A stretch of 64,000 nt of DNA, from the NCBI RefSeq assembly GCF_009914755.1, contig NC_060935.1; one strand, 5' to 3'. Below, one piece after another: positions 12,851 to 26,451 of this stretch. The translations under genes were made by a program, and so were the position numbers. Numbering within the stretch: the first letter of the stretch is position 1; each line of letters begins with the position of its first letter. The DNA is from the human T2T-CHM13v2.0 reference genome, Homo sapiens. Under the pieces are notes generated by a model that saw nothing but the letters and a program-made list of their open reading frames with translations, was not told where the DNA came from and did not search any database.

Positions 12851-14244
12851 TTACTATTGGGTTCTTACTATTCTTTGTAATTTATATTTATCTCATTTAA
12901 TTCTAAAATAGCTTGAAAATATCATTTCTCTAAAAAGAACAACTTCAGTCACATGCCCTATTGATGAAAGTATTGCCATCTGTAGGTCACAGGCTCAGTT
13001 TTCTTAAAATGTTCTTTATAATGTCTGATATAAAAGGTTCTTAGATAAAATATGGGCACTTAGTAGGTATTCGATGAATGTTAATTCCCCTTCTGCACTG
13101 CAAATATTCATCTCAGCAACCTTAAATGATTACTGGGTAAAATAATTAAACATCTTTTATTTTGCAACTTTAGAGCTGTAATCTATTTTTATTTTCCCAG
13201 ACATTTTTGGGAACTGTAGAATTGCTTGTCTAAGAACATCTGCCCTGGCCTAGTGCCAGTCAACTTTAAAGAAAGCAGCATGTGTTTGCAGCAAACTCGA
13301 GGATTAAATGCAGGAGGTCCTGAACTTCAGATGGAGGCGGGAAAAAGGGTCTTTGGTTTAAAATGTCAGAGCATTGCAGCAGCTATATTTTAAAATTATA
13401 GCTAATATTGCTTCATATATTGCTACCTACATAATGAAGTCACTACATACGAGAATTTCTATCCAGTCACTTTCCACTAATTAGCTCGTAAGTCTTTAGG
13501 TATTTTACATCACATGTAACAGAATTATCAACAAGTATTATTAAGTATTATAGTGTGAAATGGTCCCCAAATGGAATTGAAGTTAATTGTAATAATCTTT
13601 TGTGATTATAAAGTATATGACTGCACCCTGTAATTTTAAAATCTGGAGTGGCTTAAGTATTAAACTCGATACCGAGGGCGTTATTATTAAAGAAAAAAAT
13701 TAAATGGCTCATGAAACACTTTTCTCAAGAGGTACTTTTTTAAATTTCAATTTCTTTCTTTTAAACATGGTTCTGAAATGAAGCCAGCAAAAACATGTGC
13801 ATAGTAGCTGCTAGAAAAATTCAGATGTTAAGCAAGATGGGTCCCTGGATGGAGATGCTATTCATATGTAGAAAACAAGCTCCATTTTCGATCCACTCAG
13901 CCCACTATGGTGTTTGGGTGCAGGATACTTGGCTTCCCTATGGGAAAACTGAAGGTCTTCCACCTTGGTCATGGAAACATTGAACTACCAATGCATTCTA
14001 CGCCCTGATAAATTCCCTAAGGAGAATACTGGACAATAACATGGGTGCTATGGGAAAGGGTTACATGGTATTTTTGGGGGAAAAGAAAGTGAACATTACA
14101 CATACAAGTTTCTTCTCATATAAATAGTGGAAATTATTTTCATTTTAAAGAGTAATTTGAACTTGTTTTTTCCAGATTAGGAGTAAGAGGAAATAACTCT
14201 AAGGTCAGTAGAGTCTTAGAACTTAGTGAAGTCTTAGATGCGTG

Positions 14245-14900
14245 ATTCATTCCTTTATTCATTATTCATTTGTCAATATTGACTGACAACTATCTGTCTG
14301 GCTCTGTTGTAAGGATTAAGAACTCATTCTAGTCAGTTGAACATCACATGTTCCTGCTCACATAGATTCATAAAATCTTGTGGCAGAGACACACAATAAA
14401 TGGCTTAAATTAGTAAAACAAATCATATTTCAGACAGTTATAACCGCTAAGAAGAAATGAAAGCAAGAAAGAGAGATAAGTATTAAGGTGAGGGTGTTTA
14501 GATCTTAGGTATCTCTCCAGGAAAGGCCATATTATGAAAGTGACATTTAGGAAAAGGCCTGAAGGGAGGTAACAGTGCAAGTCATGCAGGTATCTAAAGG
14601 AAAAGTAGTCCAGGCCTGGGAAACAGCAACTACAAATGCCCTTGGGTAGGAATGCCTCCATTGTGTTCAAAGACCAGCAAGGCGGGCAGTGTAGCTGGAG
14701 CTGAGTGCACAAGGCAGAAAGCAGTGGGATGTGAGATGGGGAAAAGAATGTGGGAGGCCACTCACTTGGAACCTTGTGGATAATAGGCTCTTTGATTTTT
14801 ATCGGGAGTAAGATGGGAAGGCACTAGAGGGTTCTGAACAAAGGAGTGAAATGGCCTGGCTAAATTTTTAACACTATATTTCTGACAGTTATGAGAGTAA
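14245..14900 (-). mobile_element. L2
   Basis: attcattc tail; aaagtgacatttag…ggcagtgtagctggagctgagtg…agatgggaaggcactagagggttctgaacaaaggagtga. Confidence 0.8.
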
Positions 14901-15253
14901 AGTATACAGGTAGAAGTAAGGACACCATTTTAAACAACTCGGACTCATTCCTCACTCTTCCTACCTCTATGGGGTACAAGTATACCACTTTTTCAGGTGG
15001 GATAACTGAAGTTCAGATCCAAAGTAACTCACAAGTTTTACAAAGTAGGTGTCAGAGCTGCAAGCAGAGCCACGTTGTCTGATTCTAACAGACACCGCTG
15101 TCCCTCTGTTCTTTCTCATGCACAGTAAATGTTACAAACTAGCATGGTATAGGAGAGATAATCGGTTGTATATCATAGCACTGGAGAATGTGCAAACTTT
15201 GATACAAATCATTTATTAACAAAATCTGAAATTTTTTTGTTTCCTTACATTAG

Positions 15254-15354
15254 GACCGCTTGGTTTTACATGGATTAAACATTATTGTACATATGATAAG
15301 GGAAGTAAAACATTTACAATGAGTGTTTCAGAAATGAAATCCAGTGGGAAAATG
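15254..15354 (+). CDS. ARHGAP42: ARHGAP42 exon ~9 (101 nt), PH: (R)[33 protein letters not shown]
   Basis: Acceptor cattag|GA and donor ATG|gtgagt; phase fits both neighbours. Confidence 0.96.
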
Positions 15355-16606
15355 GTGAGTTAGTTTTGTTTTCTGTTTGTTTTTTAAACTGTTCATTATT
15401 TAAGTAATGGAATTAAAACAAAAAAATCACATTTGTTTCTCTAGTTAACATGTACACATTTACAAAAAAATAGAAGGTCAAAGGTTTTCCCTCATTTTTG
15501 TGACGTGAATGACTTGAAAAGAGTAGCCAGGGTCTTCCTTTAACTTGGCCATGGCATATTTATAAGCAGTCGAGTTAAATGTAGGGATCCTTCAGTAGAT
15601 TACAGAGGTGTCATCTCACATTTCCGGCAGCAGAGTTATTTGTCTATGCTGTTGGTTGGCTAGCAGCCCAGGAAGGGACTGTCAGTGGCTGGAACAGGCT
15701 CAAGGATTCTGTATCTTTCCCCTGAGTGGCCTCTGAGGGAGGCTACATTTGCCCCTGCATGCCTTGTCCCCTTCTGCACTGCATACTGTTAACCAAAATG
15801 CTGGCTAACAAGCTTTCTCAGAAGAACCCAATAGATGCTCATTTACCCGAAAAGTAAATTGGTCACTGAAGGTCTCACATGGCTAGTGAACAGTATAGAA
15901 TACAATGTACTTTGTTTGAGGAAATGCTGCAGAGAGCTTTATTGTCTGTGGCATATAATCTTCTTGTGAGTTAAAGTATGAATATGGCAAATGATTGAAC
16001 TTTTGAATTAATTAGGTCACAATCTGAGCACGCTGAAGCTGGGAGTTACACTAGAGATAATTAGTCCAGCCTTATTTTAACAGATTAGGAAATAAAGTTA
16101 GTATAAAGTAAGTGCCTCGCCCAATTAGTGGCATAGATCATGGCAGAGGTAAATGTTGATCTAACTTAGACACATACTCAAATATGTCAGTTGAAACTTA
16201 TTGTACTTGGGCATTCATCAGAGTCTAATAATTCAAACTGAAAGACATAAAATAAAGGAGAACATAACCAGAGAAAAAGAAACCTTAGTTGCTACCATCC
16301 TGGGAAGTTACTAAGTGCCATAACACACCTAGTTTCTACTCTAATAGTTACTACTGTAAATCCAACTTATGTGACAGTGAGTTAATAATGTAAGTAGACC
16401 AAGCCAAAGTTCTATTAATCAATTGATGACATTTGTAGCCAAAGATAGAATTAACCATACATTCTGTAAATGTTCCCCTTAACATAGACTGGCATCTCAG
16501 TGACAAAAGAGAATTCCTATGAATGTGGCCTATGTTGGATCTTGTCCAGAGAGTCAGTTTTAGTAGCGGTGTAGCAGTGGGTTACCAGCAAAACAATCAC
16601 ATTGTA

Positions 16607-16685
16607 TTAGGTTGGTGCAAAAGTAATTGCTTTTTTTCCCATTACTTTTAATGGGAAAACCATAATTACTTTTGCACCAACCTGA
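16607..16685. mobile_element. MADE1 (Hsmar1 MITE), palindromic
   Basis: ttaggttggtgcaaaagtaattgc…ataattacttttgcaccaacctga; TA TSD on both sides. Confidence 0.95.
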
Positions 16686-17228
16686 TATACATGGTAGCAA
16701 TACTATTATATCATGTATATACTGGAACTATATTATTTCCGTAGCTCTCTTGTAAACCTGAGCTAGTTATCATTTAAGGCTCTAATACAAAGACACACAT
16801 ATGATACTAATCTCTTTGCAATCCAGGGAGTTTTGATTAAGAGCACCAAATGTATCCTAACAAGCACTCTGTATATCCAATTGTGATGTTAAGTGACTGT
16901 GTAACTTCATACGTTTTCTAAATCTAAGAATTGAGGGATTGTACATTATAGTATAATTTAACATTGTAAGTAAATATGTTGAAGGTTACTGGACAGGCAT
17001 GTTACATAATTCTTTTAAATAAAACATGCATATGCCATTAATTAAATGGTTTTATGTATTATGATCGGACAGCTAACATCAGGAATAAAAAAAGACAGGG
17101 TATGATTGTGACCTTTATACATAACCTATACTGTTAAACATTTTAATATGGCAACTTGAGCTCACATATTTAATATATTTCAATTCACTTGTCAGCATGT
17201 TAATACTGTGGTACTCTTCTTGTTTCAG

Positions 17229-17338
17229 AATGGCCTTGTTACTAGCTCACCGGAAATGTTTAAATTAAAATCTTGTATCCGACGAAAGACAGATTCAATT
17301 GACAAACGATTCTGCTTTGACATAGAAGTAGTTGAAAG
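17229..17338 (+). CDS. ARHGAP42: ARHGAP42 exon ~10 (110 nt), PH: [36 protein letters not shown](R)
   Basis: Acceptor tttcag|AAT and donor AAG|gtttga; GRAF motif [10 protein letters not shown]. Confidence 0.96.
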
Positions 17339-18040
17339 GTTTGAGCTTTTCTTTTCACTTTATTTTTTTCATAAGCTAAACGGTGTCTCTTTCTGTATTT
17401 AAATATAAACATGAAACAGCATTCAAGTGTTTTTTAGTTTTTTAAAAAACAGTATACATGTTTATCTCTTTCTTTCATGTTGTTATTACATGATGCTTTC
17501 GAAAAAGCAAATCAGATCCATGATGCTAGAAAACAGTAGCATCACTCAAAGCAGAATCTGAAAAATCAATATAAATGACTGTATTAGGAGAAAGTGCATG
17601 TAGTGGCCTCATGGTCCCCATCACCATGAAGGAATCCAATGGCATATTTCATGGCTCCAGGATCAGCCTTTTGGTGGGCTTTGGAAGCTTGGTGGCCTTG
17701 CTTCTAAGGAATAAGATGCAGGTGGGAATACTATAAGCTTCTTTCAGCCAACTAAGTTTAATGCCTCCAGGATGCCTCCTGTGTGCAAAGCACTGTTCCG
17801 GGTATTCTTAGCCCAAAGTATTGGAAGAGATATAAATGTCGTGAATCTAAGTGTATAATTTAAGTTTACAATAAGAATGGGTATGCTTCTTGCTCTCTGC
17901 TCTGTAATCCATGATCTATCTTTCTTCTCCTGCATTAGTGCCACAATATTCTAAATACACTAGCTTATTGTGTGTATCCATGTATACCCTTTGTGTATGA
18001 TGACTTTCTATATATGCTCATAAACTACAGCCTATAGCTA

Positions 18041-20432
18041 CAGGCATACCTCAGAGATATTGCAGGTTAGGTTCCAAACCACTGTAATAAAGCGAATATC
18101 ATAATAAACTGAGTCACAGAAATTTCTGAGTTTCTCGGTGCATATAAAAGTTATGTTTATGCTACACTGCAGTCCATTAAGTGTGCAATAGCATTATGTG
18201 TAAAAAATATACATCCCTTAAAATATTTTAAGTAATGTGAATGGTCATCTGAGTCTTTAGTGAGTAGTAATTTTTTTGCTGGTGAAGGATCTTGCCTCGA
18301 TGTTGGTAGCTGCTAACTGATCAGCATGGTGGTTACTGAAGGATGGGGTGGCTGTGGCCATTTTCTTAAAATGAGACAGCAATAAAGTTTGCCACATCAA
18401 TTGAATCTTCATTTCAACAAAGATTTCTCTGTACCATGCAATGCTGTTTGATAGCATTTTACTCAGTAGGGCGTCTTTCAAAATTGGAGTCAGTCCTTTC
18501 AAACCCTGCCCTACTGCACTGTCAGCTAAGTTTATATGATATTCTAAATCCGTTGTTGTCATTCAAAAACGTTTATAGCATCTTCATCCGGAGAAGATTC
18601 CATCTCAGTAAACCACTTTCTTTGCCCATCCATAAGAAGCAACTAGTCCTTTCAAGTTTTATTATGAGATTGCAGCAATAAAGTCACATTTTCTAGAAGG
18701 CTCCACTTCTAATTCTAGCTTTTTTGCTATTTTCACTACATCTGCAGTAACTTCCTCCACTGAAGTCTTGAACCCCTCCAACTCATCCCTGAGAGTTGGA
18801 ATCAATTTCTTTCAAACTGCTGTTAATGTGGATATTTTGGCTTCCTCCCATGAGGGACAAATGTTCTTAATGACATCTAAAGTGATGAATCCTTTCTAGA
18901 AGGTTTTCAGTGTACTTTACCCAGATCCATTAGAGGAATCACTACTTATGGCCGTGAAAGCCTAATGAAATGTGTTTCTTAAATAATAAGACTCAGAAGT
19001 CTAACTTATTCCTCTTATTCCTTGATCCATGTGCTACATAATATATGTTGTGTCAGCAGGCATGAATATATTATTCTCCATTTAAATCTCTATCAGAACT
19101 CTTGGGTGACTAGTTGCATTGTCAATGGGCAGTAATATTTAGAAATAAACCTCTTTAAGCAGAAGGTCTCAACAGTGGCTTAAAATATTCAGTAAACCTT
19201 ACTGTAAACAGATGTGCTGTCATTCAGCCTTTATTGTTCCATTTGTAGAGCACAGGTAGAGTAGATTTAGCATAATTTTTAAGAACCCTAGGATTTGCAG
19301 AATGATATATGAGCATTGGCTCTGACTTTAAGTCACCAGTTACATTAACCTCTAACAAGAGTCAGCCTATTTGAAGCTTTGAGGCCAGATAGTGACTTCT
19401 TTCTATTTGTGGAAGTCTTAAATGAGGGCATCTTCCAACAGAAGGCTATTTCATCTACATTGAAAATCTGTTGTTTACTGTAGCCACCTTCATCCATGAT
19501 TGTAGCTAGATCTTCTGTATAACTTGCTGCAGCTTCTACATCAACTCTTACTGCTTCATCTTATACTTTTATATTATGCAAATGGCTTCTTTCCTCAAAC
19601 ATCATGAACCAACTTCTGCTAGGTTCATACTTTTTTTCTGCAGCTTACTCACCTCTCTCAGCCTTCATAAAATTGAAGACAGTCAGGGCCTTGCTGTGGA
19701 AAAGGCATTGGCTTAAGAGAATGTTATGGCTGGTTTGATCTTCTATACACAGCACTAGAACTTTCCCCATGTCAGTAGTAAGGTTGTTTTGATTCCTAGC
19801 GTTTGTGTATTCACTGGAGTGGCACTTTTAATTTCCTTTAATAATTTTTCCTTTGCATTCACAGCTTGGCTAACTGATTGGCACAAGAGACCTAGTTTTT
19901 AGGCTATCTTGGGTTTCAACATGTCTTTCTCACTAAGTTTGGTCATTTATAGCTTTTGATTTAACATGAGAGACATGTGAATCTTCCTTTCCCTTGAACA
20001 CTTAGAGGTCATTGTGAGATTATTGATTGGACTAATTTTAATATTGTTGTATCTCAGGGAATAGGGAAGCTAAGGGGAGGGAAAGAGATGGGGAAATGGC
20101 CAGTCAGTGGAGCAGTGGCACACACAACTTTTATTGACTGTTTGCCATCTTATGTGGACATGGTTAATGGCACCCCAAAACAATGACAATAGTAATATCA
20201 AAGATCACTGTTCATACATCACATGATAGATATAATAACAATGAAAAATTCCAAATATTGCAAGAATCACCAAAATGTGATACAGAGACACGATGTGAGC
20301 AAACGCTCTTGGAAAAATGGTGCTGATAGACATGCAGAACACAGGGTTGACACAAACAAACCATCAATTTGTTAAAAATGCAGTATCTGCAAAGTTCAAT
20401 CAAGCAAAGAGAAATACATCAAGGTATGCCTG
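18041..20432 (-). mobile_element. Full-length Tigger1 (decayed transposase)
   Basis: TIRs caggcatacct / aggtatgcctg with TA TSDs; 2392 bp; ORF 18257..18562(-) MTTTDLEYHINL…KMLSNSIA resembles Tigger1 coding sequence. Confidence 0.95.
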
Positions 20433-20884
20433 TATCTAGTAGGGCAATGACCGTATTCCTAGGCTGCTTTAAACTATGTTGACTCTTTTGCTCTGTGTTC
20501 TTATGATTTTTAAGATCCACTTACTAAGTTTCTCCTTGTTTCTCAAAATATCTTTTGGGATTTTGACTGAAGTTGCAGTAAAGTTTTCAATGGGTGTGGC
20601 ATTAACCTCTTTTTGAATATTTTACATATCTTTTTTCAAATTTACTTTTGAGTACCTTCTTTTTATTGTTGTTTTGAATAGGATTCTTTTTTATGAGTTG
20701 AATTTTGTTTTCCTAAATGGTTAAGACTACTGCATAGAGAGGCTGTTAGTTTATTTATATATCATTCTCTTATCTGACCTATTTGCTGAACTCTTTATTA
20801 GTTTTAATAGTTTTGTGTAGAGATTTCTGGATTTTCTATGTAGACAAATACCAACATGTTAATGCTTTCTCTTAACACATTCCG

Positions 20885-21050
20885 GTTATATAACCTTGGA
20901 GCACTTTATTAAACTCTGTACTTAGGTTTTTTCATCTTTAAATTAAGGATAATAAGTACCCACCTCAAAGAATTGTTTTCAGGATTAAATGAGAGAATTA
21001 AGGAAACATAACACAGTCCCTGTCACATAGTAAATATCCAACAAATACTG
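20885..21050 (+). mobile_element. MIR
   Basis: ttcatctttaaattaaggataataagtacccacctca…aggattaaatgag…cacatagtaa. Confidence 0.7.
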
Positions 21051-21926
21051 ATTTTCAATATTTTATTTTTGGTATTACTACACTGGCTTAAATTCTCCAA
21101 CATCAGATTATCTTGATATATATTCAAGATTCTCATGATCTGTGTTCTTGTTTGCAGAAGAGATGTATGTTATTATTTGTCGTTCCAGGTTTTTAATTAT
21201 AAAATATTTATAATAAAATTTCCATCTGAATGTTCTTCACAGATCCCTCAATTTTCTGTTTAACTAAGTTAATTCCTTTGTTTCTAATATTTTATATCTT
21301 TTCCTCCATATGCTAGTTTTCTCCCTTCCTCTCCCTAGTCTTTGTTTCTTTCTTGAAGTATATCTTCAAGTAACTATTTCAGAATGACTGCATGGGAGAG
21401 AATTATTTTTAAATGAATTCATTTCAATATTGTCATCATGGTACAGAGAAATGCTTTGGTTTTAGTGTCTTTTTACCTGTTACCTAGTTATGATATGAGG
21501 CTTTCCACATTGTTACATATTAATTGTAATTGTTTTTAGTGACTAGACTGTACCACATCAGGGTCAAGCTCTCATATTGTGGAATTCATAGATGGCTTTG
21601 AAGAATGTAACTTTTTCATCCTTTTTGATCATTTCAAGGGAAATAGTTTGAAACTAGTCTCCTTCAGACTGTCCTGTACCAAAAACACTTAATGATTTTA
21701 TCACCTGTGATCATTAGAATTAAAAACATTTTTTGCATGCCTAGTGATTTTTCTGAAAGTATTATACTTCAGTCTTTTTCTTTTTTAGAAAAATTCCTAT
21801 GTTTTTCTCCTCTGTCTTCATTTCTCTTTTCTCTTAACTTTTTTCTTCAAATTTTATCTTTTTAGTTAACTGAGAATTTAAAAAGTAGTAAATGTGTAAA
21901 TATAGAAAATATTTGTTTTTAAATAG

Positions 21927-22005
21927 GCATGGGATCATCACGTTACAGGCCTTCTCAGAAGCTAATAGGAAACTCTGGCTTGAAGCCATGGATGGGAAGG
22001 AACCG
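21927..22005 (+). CDS. ARHGAP42: ARHGAP42 exon ~11 (79 nt), PH C-terminal helix: [26 protein letters not shown]
   Basis: Acceptor aaatag|G and donor CCG|gtaaga; contains the conserved PH Trp. Confidence 0.96.
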
Positions 22006-22679
22006 GTAAGACTATGACACATTCTATAATTTAGGTTTTATTGCCCTAATAATTATAATGTATGGAAATTCTTTTCATAGTATACAATGTTTTGCCTGTA
22101 GTATAATTGAAAATATTAAAAAAGGAAATCGGGGGAGTAGAGACTTTTATGGTTTCCTAGTCTCACTCGTGGCCCATAACTCTACATTTCTGACTTATTT
22201 TATAAGGGGACTTTTGGGACTAATTTAAAACCCTAAAATTACTTCTTAAAAAATTACTTACACTCATCACCTTGGCTCCACCCATTAGGTTAGCTTATTC
22301 AGTTAATAATGATCGCATGCCCAGTCTTTGCAAGGCCTGTGCTAGGCATGTGATTAGAGTGATGAACAAGGTTCAGGGTAAGAACTGATTCTCTAATCAA
22401 GACCATTTTTAAAAAGTATAACTTAATAAAACTGCCTGTGGCTTGACATTTTCACTTCCATACGTATCCCCATTTTTAATAGTTATTTTGAAATTGTATG
22501 GTAGTCTACTTACAAAAAATAGGAAGGCTTACGTAAAAAGGAGGCTGAATCATTCATCACTGTCTGTTTTCTTAAAGAACACTGTTACTAGATCAGTAGA
22601 GGGTGAACACACAGAGGAAGTAAGAGTCGCCATCCTGTTACTTGAGAACCATTCTTTAGATGGCAAAGAACCTGTACAG

Positions 22680-22960
22680 CAATAGTGCCAAACAAAGCGT
22701 GGTCCTCAGACTTTGAGACCCTCCCTCAAACTGTGTTACCAGTCCACAGTAAGATCAGTACAGAAATTGTGATTCAGCCTTTAGAAAATCCTGTAGCCAC
22801 TTGGGTTATTTTAAGCCTGTTAAATTTAATTTAAAAATTGGAACTCTGCATTGATTTTTTTGTTATTTTCTATTTCAATTTTATTATATTTTACACAAAT
22901 GTGAATAATAGATTTAAAAGAAAATTCGCTCTTTACCAGAAATAGTTGAGAAGCCCTGAC
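22680..22960. mobile_element. hAT-Charlie-type fragment
   Basis: caaagcgtggtcc…accagtccacagtaagatcagtacagaaattg…ttgagaagccctg termini. Confidence 0.45.
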
Positions 22961-23386
22961 TTAGAGCAAATTTAGGGAATAGTTTGTTAGCCCAACAATG
23001 TACAAGTTAGGATTGTGTACATTGAGAACATGCTAAGCAGGAAATTGGAAGAACGAGTAATTCCGGAAATCCATTATGAGATACTTCCTGAGAAAGGCTC
23101 ATTATGCATCATACTGGGGCAGAGAATAAGATGCTTAAATGAGATGGAGGTAGAACCTTGTCCAGGGCAGCACAGCCACGGATGGAAAAGGAGTGGGAAG
23201 TGAGGGTGGGTGAACCACAGGAAGGAAGTTGGTTGATGGTACACAGGTGGTGCTGTGGACACAGCAGTTGTAGGACCTTGAAATCAAGACACTGTTTTCA
23301 TCTATTAGTGTACAGATATCACCTTGCTAATCTTTTGTGCTGGGTCATTAACTGGAAGTAACTAATGGACATCCTTTGTTTTTTAG

Positions 23387-23426
23387 ATTTATACTCTGCC
23401 TGCCATTATAAGCAAGAAAGAAGAAA
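23387..23426 (+). CDS. ARHGAP42: ARHGAP42 exon ~12 (40-nt microexon): IYTLPAIISKKEE
   Basis: Acceptor ttttag|ATT and donor AAA|gtaagt; branch-like actaat upstream; needed to keep the frame between its neighbours. Confidence 0.95.
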
Positions 23427-23699
23427 GTAAGTCATTTTAATAGTTATTTAAAATTTTATCATGTAGTTATTTTTAACACAAAAGCATTAGGTGATTGTAA
23501 GTATTCTGGGGAAATAGTATAACACCATTGATCTCATGGTACAGCAACTTTGAAATTTTTATTTAAAATGTTTCTCATGTTAAAACCACAAACTTCTGAT
23601 GTTACAGTAACAAAAGTTAATTTTTATTCTTTGGTGTTTACTTATTTACATGCCTTGGTTTATCTCTGATAGAGATTTGAGAAAGTTGATATTTAGCTC

Positions 23700-23850
23700 A
23701 ATTATTTATATAAAATATATAATATATAATTATATTATATTTTTATTATATATTAAATATATATTAATAAATATATAATTATAATCAAGCTAAATCATAT
23801 ATAATTATATATAAATACTGTATTTATTTATCTATATCAATGTAAATATA
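23700..23850. repeat. AT-rich / (TA)n low-complexity tract
   Basis: Read directly from the sequence. Confidence 0.9.
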
Positions 23851-24329
23851 TAACACAGTGGAGAGCTTCTTTGTCTTATTTTCTCTGCTCCAGTTTTCTT
23901 ACAGGCATAAGACTGCAGACATAAACACTTCTTGCTGGTTTTAGTGGATAGTGGCTAAGAATGTAAAATATAAGGACCTTGTCATTACACATGGTATATG
24001 TTGGAAAAGATGTTTTTACTGTATTATTAGTAAATCATTAGTTTGTAACCATTCTTTATAAACACAGTTTATATGTTTTTCATCATGTTCTGAATCCTCT
24101 TTAATTACCTGCCAACTTCTTGCTATCTTTTATCTGTGGTTAGTTTAGGGTATTTTCATAAGTGCTTTACATAGTCATTTTACTTGATATTTAAAATTAA
24201 TTTGTGTATTTGTTTCTAGGGTTATGTATATAACTTTGAAAGCAATTCCAAGTTTTATGTAATGCAATGGATTTTGTCTTATGGCTTCTAAATTTATTTT
24301 TCAAACAAACTCAATAACCCTGACATTTA

Positions 24330-24479
24330 CTTTTCTTATTTATTTTATTTTTATTTTTTAATAGAGATGAGGTCTCATTTTGTTGTCCAGCCTGGTCTCT
24401 AACTATTGGCCTCAATTAACCTTCCCACCTTGGTCTCCCAAAGTGCTGGGATTACAGGCATGAGCCACTGTGCCTGGCC
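24330..24479 (-). mobile_element. FLAM (free left Alu monomer)
   Basis: Single monomer with perfect 14-bp TSD aaccctgacattta (24316-24329 / 24480-24493). Confidence 0.93.
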
Positions 24480-25983
24480 AACCCTGACATTTAGATTGCT
24501 GTGGAAATATGAGTTAGAATGGAATAAATATAAACTAGGAAAGCACTCATTTGAAAGTTATAAATATTGAATGTATTAAAAACCTATTATTTTATCTGAA
24601 TTAAATGCTTTCTAGTGATTAACTTCAGAAATTATCAAAAGAAAATGCATGATATAAAAGATGTTTCAATAATTAAATAACATAATTTAAAAATTATTTT
24701 TAAATAATATTTTAAAAAACTATTTCCAGTTTTTATTCTCACATTTACTTCCTTATTGGAATCAAGGAAAGTGATTAGTATAAAATCCTTTATTGCCAAC
24801 TTTTATCTAATCACAGATACATTAACCAAATGGTGAGAGTTTTGTATGTACTGAATGTTCATTCTAAATAATTACCTAAAAAATAATCTTTTGTATAAAT
24901 TGCATTTGAGAAGAGTGTGAAATGTGTTTTCTAACATTAGTTTGATTGTTGATAAGCACTATAAGGTTAGTCCTTTCAAATTCAAATTACCCAAGGACAA
25001 ATCCTTCATGGAAGACAATTGCACCTATATACAGTGTTGAGTAGGGCCTCTGAATGGTGGCATAGTCAAGTTGATCAGAATATACTGATGCTTAATTAAA
25101 TGTACCACCAAAACTAATGTACTTATGATGGAGAGGGAGTCTGCATCTTCATGCAGTACAGAATCATTCTTCTGGAAATAGGTATCCTGCAGTGTCAGCC
25201 ACCAGAAACATCACTGTGCCTTCAATTATAATTATAAAATGGTGTGTGTTTCAGAAAAATAGCAGTGCTAGAGTGCGTGTGTTTATATCATGTCTCACAC
25301 TCTGGCTTTTTGTATGGTATATTAGTTTCCTACCCAGTACTCTGAGGTCCTTGTGACAGAACCCGTCTCTTCTCCATAGTAGTCAATACAGGCCTTCCCT
25401 GAGACATGTGCTGAGCACAGATTTGCTCTTATTTTTCTCATTAGTACCAGTAGGCTTTTATTACCCAAGGGAAGATTTTTGGTTACAGAAGAAATATTAC
25501 AAGCTTCTACTTTAGTGCTTAAAGTTATGAATCTTAAGCTTTATTTTTAAGTTTTATTTTTAATATTTGATTTATTTTAAGCCATATTTTTACTTGAAGC
25601 CTGTTTTTAATCAGTATACAGATCTTATTTGTAATTGCACTAACTTTTAAAACTAAGTCGTTTTCACTTTATTTTGTTTTCATAAATCTGACAGAATTCT
25701 CCCATTTGTACATTTAATTAGTCAAGTTTCCTTAAGACATATCAACTGATGACAAAATAGTGAATTTTATTCTGTCAAAGTCACCCTAATTAGACTGATT
25801 TGTGATCCTGACAAATATAATCTTTTCAACACCTAGCAACTTTTTTAATCTAATAAATCACTTTATAAATGCAGATTAAGTATTATGTTGAAATTAAGTA
25901 TTGTAAACCTTCTAAATAAATACACTCAATTGCATAGTGATTTCAAAAGGTCTTACTACTTTTGCATAAACTAAACTTATTGA

Positions 25984-26451
<468 letters not shown>

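Noticed and set aside
18257-18562. 101-aa ORF as a domesticated TIGD-like gene
   Set aside because: It is a frameshifted remnant of a decayed Tigger1; no long transposase ORF survives.
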